Shown here in pieces: positions 17,946 through 25,923 of a stretch of DNA of 29,857 nucleotides. The notes beneath the pieces are model-generated. The model was given only the letters and a program-made list of their open reading frames with translations, had not been told where the DNA came from and did no database searches. Origin of the DNA: Candidatus Krumholzibacteriia bacterium (GTDB lineage: Bacteria; Krumholzibacteriota; Krumholzibacteriia; JAJRXK01); assembly GCA_041484665.1 (NCBI GenBank), contig JBGPIA010000030.1, forward strand, positions 1 to 29,857, written 5' to 3'. A program made the translations under genes and the position numbers. The first letter of the stretch is position 1, and each line of letters starts with the position of its first letter.

Positions 17946-19034
17946 TCAGCGCTCGGAGGGCGGATCCGCCGGCCCCACGCGCTCGCGGCGCGCCGCGACC
18001 ATCGACGCGAGCACGCCCGTCGCCAAGATCGCCAACACCAGACCCAGCAGGTAGAAGTTGAAACTCGGACCCAGCAGCTCCTTGAGCCGCCGCGCCGCCA
18101 GCATCTTACCACCCACCGCCATCAGAACGACTGCCAGCGACGCCTTCAGGTAGCGGAAGCGGTCGAGCATCCCGGCCAGGGCGAAGTACAAGGACCGCAG
18201 CCCGAGGATCGCGAACACGTTGCTGCTGAAGACCAGGAACGGGTCGGCGGTGATGGCGAAGATCGCTGGAATGGAATCCACCGCAAAGACCACGTCGGTG
18301 GACTCGACCATAATGAGCGCCAGCGCCAGCGGCGTGAGCATGCGGGTCCCCGGCCGGGCGCGCTGGACGGACTCGTCGGCCGCGACGGCGGCGCCGGGCT
18401 GCTCGGCCTGCCCGGACGCCAGCGAACCGGCGCGCACGGAGAAGTGTTGGCCGTGGAAGCGCGCGGTCACCGGGAACAGGCGCCGCGTCACACGCACCAC
18501 GACGTTCTGGCCGGGGTCGGCGTGGCCCGTCTTCATCAACAGCATCTTGAGCCCGGTCAGGATCAGGAACGCGCCGAACACGTAGAGCACCCAGTGAAAG
18601 GTGGCGATCAGCCGGGCACCGGCCGCGATCATGGCTCCGCGCAGGACCAGGGCGCCCAGGACGCCCCAGAAGAGCACGCGGTGCTGATAAATGGCCGGAA
18701 CCGCGAAGAAGCCCAGAATCATCGCGATCACGAATACGTTGTCGACGCTCAGCGACTTCTCGACGATGTACCCGGTCAAGTACTTCACGACGGCGGTGGA
18801 GCCGTCGTTGACCAGTCCGTCCGCAGGGTCGACCGGCCGGCCGAGCCCCAGCCAGTGTCCGTCGTAGGCGAAGTGGACGAACACGGCGAACGATAGCCCC
18901 AGCGTGATCCACACTCCGGACCACGCGAGCGCCTCCTTCGTGCTCACCACGTGCGCGTGCCGGTGGAAGACCCCCAGGTCGAGGGCCAGCAGCAACAAGA
19001 TGAAGGAGATGAAGCCGAGCCAGATCCAGATCAT
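17946..19034 (-). CDS. TerC/Alx family membrane protein
   Basis: LLALDLGVF, YLTGYIVEKSLSVDNVFV, QHRVLFWGVLGALVLRG, ESTDVVFAVDSIPAIFAIT and SNVFAILGLRSLYF motifs. Confidence 0.95.
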   Translation of the reverse strand: MIWIWLGFISFILLLLALDLGVFHRHAHVVSTKEALAWSGVWITLGLSFAVFVHFAYDGHWLGLGRPVDPADGLVNDGSTAVVKYLTGYIVEKSLSVDNVFVIAMILGFFAVPAIYQHRVLFWGVLGALVLRGAMIAAGARLIATFHWVLYVFGAFLILTGLKMLLMKTGHADPGQNVVVRVTRRLFPVTARFHGQHFSVRAGSLASGQAEQPGAAVAADESVQRARPGTRMLTPLALALIMVESTDVVFAVDSIPAIFAITADPFLVFSSNVFAILGLRSLYFALAGMLDRFRYLKASLAVVLMAVGGKMLAARRLKELLGPSFNFYLLGLVLAILATGVLASMVAARRERVGPADPPSER

Positions 19035-19244
19035 CGGACGCCTTCCGGTTGCTGGTCGACCTCGCGACGGCCGGCGATCAGCGCGCGGGGGTGCTCAGCG
19101 AGTCTCCGATCTCCGCAAAGAAGCGATCTAGGTCCTCATGGAGCGCGAAGCCGATCCCGCCGGCCGCTACACCCCAGGGCGACGATCGCAAAGCGGGGCC
19201 CGGGAGCCCGCGCGAGCGCTCCAGTGACGAACCGCCGGGCGTCC

Positions 19245-19288
19245 GCGGGCGTGCGGGGATGCGGGCGTGCGGGCGTGCGGGGATGGGG
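19245..19288. repeat. 8-bp G-rich tandem repeat x5
   Basis: GCGGGCGT GCGGGGAT GCGGGCGT GCGGGCGT GCGGGGAT GGGG. Confidence 0.8.
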
Positions 19289-19304
19289 AAAGCGATCGCG
19301 GGAG

Positions 19305-19754
19305 CTACGTGAGCTCGCCCAGCGCCTCCAGGTCGGCGAGGTCGCGCCTGCGCCCGGTGGCTCGCTTGTTGGCGACCAGCTCGCGCCGGCCCATGAAATG
19401 CACCGTGAGGTCTCCGTAGGTGCCCGCGACCCTTCCGCGGAAGACCTCCTCCAGCGGGACACCCGTGGCTGCCGTCAAGATATCGATGCGGATCGGCGGC
19501 ACGCCCAGTTGCACCACGGTCTCCGGGCGCTGGAAGTCCGCCAACTTCAGGCCTATCGACTCGAAGCCGAACTCGATCAGCGCGCCGAGGATGCGCTCCG
19601 CGTTTGCCGGATCGGGCCGGACCAGCAGGTCGAGATCGCCGGTGTAGCGGGGAGCGCCGTGGAAGGCCAGCGCGTAGCCCCCCACGATCACGTACTCAAC
19701 TCCGCGGGCGTTGAACAACGCGAGCAGATTTCTGAAGTCGGGCTGTACTTCCAT
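19305..19754 (-). CDS. Pol-beta-superfamily nucleotidyltransferase (DUF6036/AbiEii-like), putative toxin
   Basis: YVIVGGYALAFHGAPRYTGDLDLLV (GG...RxTxDxD), RIDIL and NKRATGRRRDLADL (K...R..D..D) motifs. Confidence 0.85.
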   Translation of the reverse strand: MEVQPDFRNLLALFNARGVEYVIVGGYALAFHGAPRYTGDLDLLVRPDPANAERILGALIEFGFESIGLKLADFQRPETVVQLGVPPIRIDILTAATGVPLEEVFRGRVAGTYGDLTVHFMGRRELVANKRATGRRRDLADLEALGELT

Positions 19755-19884
19755 GGAACTGCTTTCGCAGGAACTCGACGGCTGCCAGCCGGTCCTCGGG
19801 GGATCGGCCCAGCCAGTAGTTGAGGTCCTGCTTCCAGTGCGCAGGATCCCGCAGCTCGGCCCTGGTCACCACTTTCTTGATCAC
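19696..19884 (-). CDS. Small 62-aa protein upstream of the nucleotidyltransferase (putative partner/antitoxin)
   Basis: C-terminal part of ORF 19696..20892: MIKKVVTRAELRDPAHWKQDLNYWLGRSPEDRLAAVEFLRKQFHGSTARLQKSARVVQRPRS. GTG lies 6 nt after TG-G-TATCTT; overlaps the NTase start by 59 bp. Confidence 0.75.
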   Translation of the reverse strand: MIKKVVTRAELRDPAHWKQDLNYWLGRSPEDRLAAVEFLRKQFHGSTARLQKSARVVQRPRS

Positions 19885-19890
19885 GAATCC

Positions 19891-19899
19891 AAGATACCA
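19891..19899 (-). promoter_or_regulatory. Extended -10 leaderless promoter candidate for the two-gene module
   Basis: Minus strand TGGTATCTT-GGATTC-GTG. Confidence 0.5.
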
Positions 19900-19931
19900 C
19901 GGTCCTGGAAACCCGGATACAGCGCGCTGCG

Positions 19932-20969
19932 TCACCGCGTCCGGTCGCGATGGTTGTCGATCCGGCCGAACGCCCCGCCGAAGACGACTTCCCGGATCGA
20001 GTCGCTGCCGAGGAAGTCGTGAGGGAAGCCCAGCTCGATCTGGCTGGCGGCGCCCAGGCGCGTGAGCTGCGCATCGCTGAGTTGCACTTGCAGCGCGCCG
20101 AGATTGTCGCGTAGCTGTTCCAGATTGCGCGCGCCCACGAGCGGGATGATCACGCCGGGCTGGCGGCGGACCCAGCTGATTGCGACCTGCGAGGGCGTGC
20201 AGCCGATCTCCCGTGCCACCGCCATCGCCTCGGCGGCGATGCGCAGGTTGCGCTCGACCTGGGCCGCTCCCTGCTTGGCGCGGCCATCCGCCGGCGGATC
20301 GGGGCGGTTGTACTTGCCCGAGAGCACGCCGGCGCCCAGCACGCTCCACGGCATCACCGCCAGATCGAACGCGCGCGCCATGGGCAGCAGGTCGCGCTCG
20401 GCCGCGCGGTCGATGAGGCTGTAGCGCAGCTGCAGCGCCACGAAGGGCGTCCACCCGCGCAGGACGGCCAGCGTGTTCGCCTGCGAGATGACCCAGGCGG
20501 GCGTGTCGGAGATCCCGACGTGGAGCACCTTGCCCTGGCGAACGAGATCGTCGAGCCCGCGCATGACCTCCTCCACCGCGGTCGTGAAGTCCCAGGCGTG
20601 CACCCAGAAGAGGTCGACGTAGCCGGTCTGCAGTCGCTGCAGGCTGGCCTCCAGCGACTGGACCATGTTCTTGCGGTGGTTGCCGCTGAAGTTGGGATCG
20701 CCCTGGCGCGTCATGAGGGTGTACTTCGTGGCCACCACGAAGCGCTCCCGGTCGGAGGCGATGCACTTGCCGACCAGGCGCTCGCTGGTGCCGTCGGTGT
20801 AGCGGTTGGCGGTGTCGATGAAGTTGCCCCCCAGCTCCACGAACGCGTTGAACATGCGCAGGCTCTCCTCGCGCGAGGCTCCCCACCCCCACTCCTCGCC
20901 GAACGTCATGGTGCCCAGCGCGAGCTCGGAGACGCGCAGGCCGCTGCCACCCAGGAGTTTGTACCGCAT
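19932..20969 (-). CDS. Aldo/keto reductase
   Basis: LGGSGLRVSELALGTMTFG, GGNFIDTANRY, VVATKY, SLQRLQTGYVDLFWVH, GISD and GARNLEQLRDNL; GAGAGG SD before ATG 20969. Confidence 0.95.
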   Translation of the reverse strand: MRYKLLGGSGLRVSELALGTMTFGEEWGWGASREESLRMFNAFVELGGNFIDTANRYTDGTSERLVGKCIASDRERFVVATKYTLMTRQGDPNFSGNHRKNMVQSLEASLQRLQTGYVDLFWVHAWDFTTAVEEVMRGLDDLVRQGKVLHVGISDTPAWVISQANTLAVLRGWTPFVALQLRYSLIDRAAERDLLPMARAFDLAVMPWSVLGAGVLSGKYNRPDPPADGRAKQGAAQVERNLRIAAEAMAVAREIGCTPSQVAISWVRRQPGVIIPLVGARNLEQLRDNLGALQVQLSDAQLTRLGAASQIELGFPHDFLGSDSIREVVFGGAFGRIDNHRDRTR

Positions 20970-21149
20970 TGCGCTGTGCCTCTCGATGAAGGTGAAGGGT
21001 GCCCCCGTGGCGCGGGCCCTCGCCGAGGGTACCACGCGGGTGGCGAGCCCCTCCCCGCGCAAGATCGTGACGTGGTCCCTGGCCAGCTCCGGCAGCCGGG
21101 CCTCCTTCCGGGGCTTGAGCCGGTAGGCCACGAGCACGATCCGGCCCAT
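20970..21149 (-). pseudogene. Truncated small (ABM/Dabb-barrel-like) gene remnant fused in frame to the aldo/keto reductase
   Basis: Strong GAGGAGG SD before ATG 21149. MGRIVLVAYRLKPRKEARLPELARDHVTILRGEGL looks like the N-terminal beta-alpha unit of ABM-like proteins, then degenerates; no stop before the AKR. Confidence 0.5.
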
Positions 21150-21182
21150 GGTGCGGCCCTCCTCAGGGGGTGAGCCACGAGC

Positions 21183-21704
21183 TCACTGCAGCACACGCAG
21201 GTACGCGCGCCAGGGCCCGGCGGCTTGCGCGTACTGCTTGGCCATCACGCGGACCGTTTGGCCGATGTGGTCCAGGTCGTGCGCGACCCAGGTGGCCAGG
21301 TGCTGGGCCAAGGTGACGCGGCCGAGCTCGGGGTGGATGCCAGTGCGCGCGAGGTCGGCCGGCGTGAGGTGCCAGCCTCTGAGCGCGGCGAGGTTGCTGA
21401 AGCGCTGGCTCGCAAAACGCTCGAGGAGCTCCTCGAGCGGCCTGCCATGGTTGAGGCGCGCGTGGCGGAAGCGGTCGAACGGTGTGAAGGGGCGAGCCTC
21501 GCCATGCTCCAGGATGATCCTTGCGCGCGGGATCCAGTCGGTCTCCTCGCCGTCGATCAGGTGGCCGATGACGTCGAACGGGCTCCACGTGGCGGGACCC
21601 TCGTTGCAGGTGGTCCAGCCGGGTGGAAGCCCGGAGAGCAGGCTTTGCAGAACCCGCGGGGTGCGCTCCAGCACGGCGCAAGCTTGGTCGAGGTTGTAGT
21701 CCAT
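21183..21704 (-). CDS. DinB family protein
   Basis: LERTPRVL..LL.GL, NEGPATWSPFDVIGHLIDGEETDWIPR, GIHPELG.VTL and WVAHDLDHIGQ; GGAG SD. Confidence 0.92.
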   Translation of the reverse strand: MDYNLDQACAVLERTPRVLQSLLSGLPPGWTTCNEGPATWSPFDVIGHLIDGEETDWIPRARIILEHGEARPFTPFDRFRHARLNHGRPLEELLERFASQRFSNLAALRGWHLTPADLARTGIHPELGRVTLAQHLATWVAHDLDHIGQTVRVMAKQYAQAAGPWRAYLRVLQ

Positions 21705-21990
21705 GGCGGCTCCGGTCGGTGGGCGTGGGGGTGGCTCGGCGCGGGGTGGGGTCGGCGTGGGCTTGTCGCAGCGCTGGCGTGGCGTTGGCGTGGGGTCGAC
21801 TCGCGGTCGGCGCGAAGTTCGCGCAGGGTTTGCCGGACAGTGACGCAGGGTCACGCGGTGTTCTCGCAAATTACGCCATTCCACTGCCAAGAGTTTCGCG
21901 CTGGGTGGTGGCCTGGCGCCTGCAGATCGGGAGCCCGACTCCGAAACTGCTTGAAGTGCCTCACGCGGCCTGCGATCCCTCGACACGGCC

Positions 21991-22845
21991 ATGGCGACGG
22001 ATTCTCCCGAGGAGCGCCCTCTCGTGCGAGCCCGCGATGAATCGACGAACCACTCCGAGGAGGGCACAGGAGCGCTCACCCCGGCGCGCCTGGAACACTC
22101 CGGCCGCGGCGGCGCCGGCGGCCACTCCGGATGCGGCGGCACCGGCGGCCGCTTTGGCCGCGCTGGCCATCGCGGCCGTCTCGCCCGCGTCTACCTCGCC
22201 GCGGAACTCACCGCCATCTTCGTGGCGTTGCCCGTGTTCCTGATCTTCGAGCGGCGTGCATTCGCCCGGCTCATCATCCCCACGCTGCTGGTGATCGGGA
22301 CCGGCTGCCTGCTGCTGCTGCTGCGCGACCCCGAGTTCGACCGCCGGCGGCTGTGGAACGCGAGCGACCTGCGCGCTGGGCTCGGGCGGATTCTGCGCCG
22401 GCTGGTTCCGGCCAGCGTGATCCTGGGCCTGGTAGTGGCCCGCCTTGCGCCGGGGCTCTTGTTCGCGCTCCCGCGCCGGGCGCCTGGATTCTGGCTGCTG
22501 GTGATGGCTCTCTACCCGCTGCTCTCGGCGTACCCGCAGGAGCTGATCTTCCGCACGTTCCTCTTCCACCGTTATCGCAGCCTGCTACGCGGCGAGCGCG
22601 CGCGGATCGCCGTCAGTGCAGCGGCCTTCGCGTTGGCCCACGTGTTCCTGGCCAATTGGATCGCGCCGCTGCTGGGCCTGGCGGGCGGGCTGTTGTTCGC
22701 GCGGACCTACGCCCGCTCCGGCTCGACCCTGCAGGCGGTGCTCGAGCACGGGATGTGGGGCGATGTGCTCTTCACTCTGGGGGTCGGCTGGTACTTCTAC
22801 GGAGGGTCGATTGGAGCGGCGGGGCCGCCGGGGGCAGGGGGATAG
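21991..22845 (+). CDS. CPBP (CAAX/Abi) family intramembrane metalloprotease
   Basis: YPLLSAYPQELIFR, FALAH and EHGMWG motifs with several TM helices; start uncertain. Confidence 0.85.
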   Translation: MATDSPEERPLVRARDESTNHSEEGTGALTPARLEHSGRGGAGGHSGCGGTGGRFGRAGHRGRLARVYLAAELTAIFVALPVFLIFERRAFARLIIPTLLVIGTGCLLLLLRDPEFDRRRLWNASDLRAGLGRILRRLVPASVILGLVVARLAPGLLFALPRRAPGFWLLVMALYPLLSAYPQELIFRTFLFHRYRSLLRGERARIAVSAAAFALAHVFLANWIAPLLGLAGGLLFARTYARSGSTLQAVLEHGMWGDVLFTLGVGWYFYGGSIGAAGPPGAGG

Positions 22846-23094
22846 CGGCCGGGTCACTGCCGTGGGGGCCGGTTGGCGGCGGGCGCGAGGGCGACCGCCG
22901 CCGGAGGCCGCGTTCACGCGAATGGCCGCTCACCAGCCCCCCATCCCACCGTCCGAGCATCCAGCCTTGCTCCGATTGCACTGTCGTCGTGGCCGGCGCG
23001 GCGCCGATTCGCGCGCGCGTGAGCTCGCCACGCCCCTTGGGCGCGGGCTCTGCATGACGTCGGCCCGACGCTCGCGGCGCGGCCGCAAATTCGC

Positions 23095-23123
23095 CTGGCC
23101 CATGGCGTTGATGGTGCTAGACT
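23095..23123 (+). promoter_or_regulatory. Extended -10 leaderless promoter candidate for speA
   Basis: CTGGCC-N17-TAGACT with TG extension (TGcTAGACT), 7 nt before ATG 23131, no SD. Confidence 0.6.
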
Positions 23124-23130
23124 GTCGCCC

Positions 23131-25395
23131 ATGGCAGAACTCAAGACCTCCCCGTCGCCCACCCGTCCCTCCCGCCGGCGAGCCTCCCGCCGACCTGCGG
23201 CACCGCCTCCGGCGCTCGAGCTCGAGCCACCGAGCGCGTCGCTGGCCGTCGAGCCGGTCAAGGAAGAGCCCTGGACCACCGAGGACTCCCTCGAGCTCTA
23301 CAGCATCCCGTCGTGGGGCCAGGGCTACTTCGGGATCTCGGAGAAGGGCCACCTGGTCGTCTTCCCGGATAAACGGCGCGAGCGGGGGATCGACCTCTAC
23401 GACGTGGTGGAGGGGCTCAAGGCGCGCCAGATCATGCCGCCGGTGCTGCTGCGCTTCCCTGACCTGCTGGACCACCGCATCAGCGAGCTCGCCGGCGTCT
23501 TCCGCACGGCGATGCGCGAGAACGACTACAAGGGCGAATACATCTGCGTCTACCCGACCAAGGTCAACCCGCAGCAGCACGTGGTGGAGGAGATCCTCAG
23601 CTACGGGCGCCAGTACGGCTTCGGGCTGGAGGCGGGCACCAAGCCCGAGCTGCTCGCTGTCATGGGCATGACCTCCCAACACCCGGACACGATGATCGTC
23701 TGCAACGGCTTCAAAGACGACGAGTACATCGAGGCCGTGGTGCTGGCGCAGAAGATCGGGCGGCGCATCGTGCCGGTGGTGGAGAAGTTCAGCGAGCTGG
23801 TGCTGATGGTGAAGTACGCCCAGAAGCACAACGTGCGCCCCACCATCGGCGTGCGCGTCAAGCTCTCGGCTCCCGGCGTCGGACGCTGGCAGTCCTCGGG
23901 TGGCGTGCGATCGAAGTTTGGGCTGTTCATCAGCGAAGTCATCGACTGCTTGCAGTACCTCAAGGACCGCAACATGGAGGACTGCCTGCAGATGCTGCAC
24001 TGCCACCTGGGCAGCCAGATCTGTGATATCGCCTTCTTCAAGAACGCGATCAACGAGCTCGCCCACGTCTACACCGAGCTGTGCCGCATGGGCGCTGGGC
24101 TGCGCTCCGTAGATATCGGCGGCGGCCTGGGGGTCGATTACGACGGCAGCCAGACCAACTTCGATTCGTCGATGAACTACACGATCGCCGAGTACGCGGC
24201 TGACGTGGTGTACCGCATCGGACGCGTGTGCGACGAGAACGACGTACCGCACCCCACCATCATGTCCGAGTCGGGGCGGGCGCTGGTGGCGTTCTCCAGC
24301 GTGATGGTGACCGAGGTGTCGGACGTGAGCGGCTTCGACCGCTTCGAGATCCCCACCAAGATGGAGCTGAGCACCAAGCGCGAGGAGATCCCCCAGCCGC
24401 TCATCACGCTCTACGACACCTACAACGTGGTGAAGACCGGCAACCTGATCGAGCTGTACCACGACGCGGTGCAGGCCCGCGACGAGGCACTCAACCTGTT
24501 CAATCTGGGCTACCTCGACCTGGAGCTGCGCAGCGTGGCGGAGCGGCTGTTCTGGGCCATCTGCTCGCGGATCCTCAGGCGCGCCCAGAAGCTCGAGGAG
24601 ATGCCCGAGGAGCTGGCGGAGCTGCCGGGATTGTTGAGCGACACCTACTTTTGCAATTTCTCGGTCTTCCAGTCGATGCCCGACAGCTGGGCGATCGACC
24701 AGCTGTTTCCCGTGGTGCCCATCCACCGCCTGGAGGAGTACCCGACGCGACGCGCGGTGCTGGCCGACATCACGTGCGACAGCGACGGTAAGATCGATCG
24801 CTTCGTGGACCGCAAGGACGTGAAGCGCTCGCTGGAGGTCCACGAGCTGCGCGGGATCGAGCCGTACTACCTGGGGATCTTCCTGCTGGGAGCCTACCAG
24901 GAGATCCTAGGCGATCTGCACAACCTGCTGGGCGACACCCACGCTGTCCACATCCGCCTCGACGAGGATGGCCAGTGGTCGGTGGACGAGTTCATCGCCG
25001 GCGACACCCTCACCGAGGTGCTCGAGTACGTGCAGTACGAGCCCAAGCAGCTTCAGGAAGCCATCCGTAAGGAGACCGAGCTGGCGGTGCAGAAGGGCCG
25101 GCTCACGCTGCAGGAGTCGACACAGCTGTTCAACTTCTACCGCGACGGCCTCAACGGCTACACGTACCTGGAGCGTTACGAGGAGGAGCCGCCGGCCCAG
25201 GCGCACGCTGCGGCAGCCGTGGCGGCGGTGGCAATCCCGGCAAACGGGACGCCGGTGCCCCCATCGGTCTCCGGCATTGCGTCGGTTGCGGCGGGCGCGC
25301 CCGCGGCCGCCGTCGCGCCAGTCGCGCCCGTCGCACCGGTCGCTTCCGTCGAGCCGCCGGCGGTTGAGCGGCACCGCGACCACTCGCGGCCGTAG
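23131..25395 (+). CDS. speA: Biosynthetic arginine decarboxylase
   Basis: LYSIPSWGQGYF, PVLLRFPD, YPTKVN (PLP lysine), GLEAGTKPEL, CNGFKD, SKFGL, HLGSQI, DIGGGLGVDYDGS, NFSVFQSMPDSWAIDQLFP, DITCDSDG and GAYQEILGDLHNL; low-complexity termini. Confidence 0.97.
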   Translation: MAELKTSPSPTRPSRRRASRRPAAPPPALELEPPSASLAVEPVKEEPWTTEDSLELYSIPSWGQGYFGISEKGHLVVFPDKRRERGIDLYDVVEGLKARQIMPPVLLRFPDLLDHRISELAGVFRTAMRENDYKGEYICVYPTKVNPQQHVVEEILSYGRQYGFGLEAGTKPELLAVMGMTSQHPDTMIVCNGFKDDEYIEAVVLAQKIGRRIVPVVEKFSELVLMVKYAQKHNVRPTIGVRVKLSAPGVGRWQSSGGVRSKFGLFISEVIDCLQYLKDRNMEDCLQMLHCHLGSQICDIAFFKNAINELAHVYTELCRMGAGLRSVDIGGGLGVDYDGSQTNFDSSMNYTIAEYAADVVYRIGRVCDENDVPHPTIMSESGRALVAFSSVMVTEVSDVSGFDRFEIPTKMELSTKREEIPQPLITLYDTYNVVKTGNLIELYHDAVQARDEALNLFNLGYLDLELRSVAERLFWAICSRILRRAQKLEEMPEELAELPGLLSDTYFCNFSVFQSMPDSWAIDQLFPVVPIHRLEEYPTRRAVLADITCDSDGKIDRFVDRKDVKRSLEVHELRGIEPYYLGIFLLGAYQEILGDLHNLLGDTHAVHIRLDEDGQWSVDEFIAGDTLTEVLEYVQYEPKQLQEAIRKETELAVQKGRLTLQESTQLFNFYRDGLNGYTYLERYEEEPPAQAHAAAAVAAVAIPANGTPVPPSVSGIASVAAGAPAAAVAPVAPVAPVASVEPPAVERHRDHSRP

Positions 25396-25406
25396 AGTCG
25401 GCCGCG
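25385..25406 (+). terminator. Perfect 8-bp hairpin spanning the speA stop codon
   Basis: CGCGGCCG-TAGAGT-CGGCCGCG; no U-tract, so terminator function is uncertain. Confidence 0.35.
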
Positions 25407-25708
25407 GTCGAACGTCAGCGCGATCAGCCGCGGCCGTAGCCCGCCTTCAGCGCACCCCAGCCGACTTGCGATGCAGGGATGGGGAGGCGCTCATCCCCGA
25501 ACGCGTCTGAGTCGGTGGGCTACCCGCGGCCAGAACGAAATCCTCCGCTGGCTCGATGACTTCCGACCTCGGACGAAGCTGGGTGCCACTGGCGATTCGG
25601 GTATCGTTGCCGGTAAACCCGGGCTGCGGTGGCGATCCGGACCAAGGCCGCGACGCTCTCCCGCGATGGGCGTTGCCCGCCGGTTGTCAATGTGGTCGGA
25701 GGTCCACG

Positions 25709-25737
25709 CTGGCTGCGAGCCCCGCTGGTGCTACACT
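25709..25737 (+). promoter_or_regulatory. Extended -10 promoter candidate upstream of the uORF and speY-like gene
   Basis: CTGGCT-N17-TACACT with TG extension (TGcTACACT), 7 nt before ATG 25745. Confidence 0.6.
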
Positions 25738-25744
25738 GTGCCCC

Positions 25745-25774
25745 ATGCCGGCCCCAAGACGGCCCGTGTTCTGA
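25745..25774 (+). CDS. Candidate leaderless leader peptide MPAPRRPVF
   Basis: ATG CCG GCC CCA AGA CGG CCC GTG TTC TGA, placed at the same distance from the -10 as the speA start codon. Confidence 0.45.
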   Translation: MPAPRRPVF

Positions 25775-25923
25775 CGAGATCGTGAGCACGGCACGAGCCC
25801 GGCCTGCAGTCGTGACCGGGCGCTCCGCCCGCTGAGCATTGCGGCGGAGCTGCCGGCACCGATCACGGGATGAGCCCTCGGCGGCGCAGGCTGCTGGGTG
25901 GATGCGCAGAAAGGGACGCACCC

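Noticed and set aside
19160..19180. tRNA-like start GGGGTGTAGC on the minus strand
   Set aside because: No D-loop, TTCGA T-loop or acceptor-stem partner follows.
21874..21890. Sigma54 promoter upstream of dinB (TTGGCAGTGGAATGGCG, minus strand)
   Set aside because: GG-N10-GC spacing holds, but the -12 TTGC and the GGCAC context are missing.
6773..25395. Arginine-dependent acid-resistance system (CLC, antiporter, decarboxylase)
   Set aside because: The decarboxylase is the biosynthetic SpeA type rather than AdiA, the antiporter is AspT/YidE rather than AdiC, and the genes are more than 12 kb apart.
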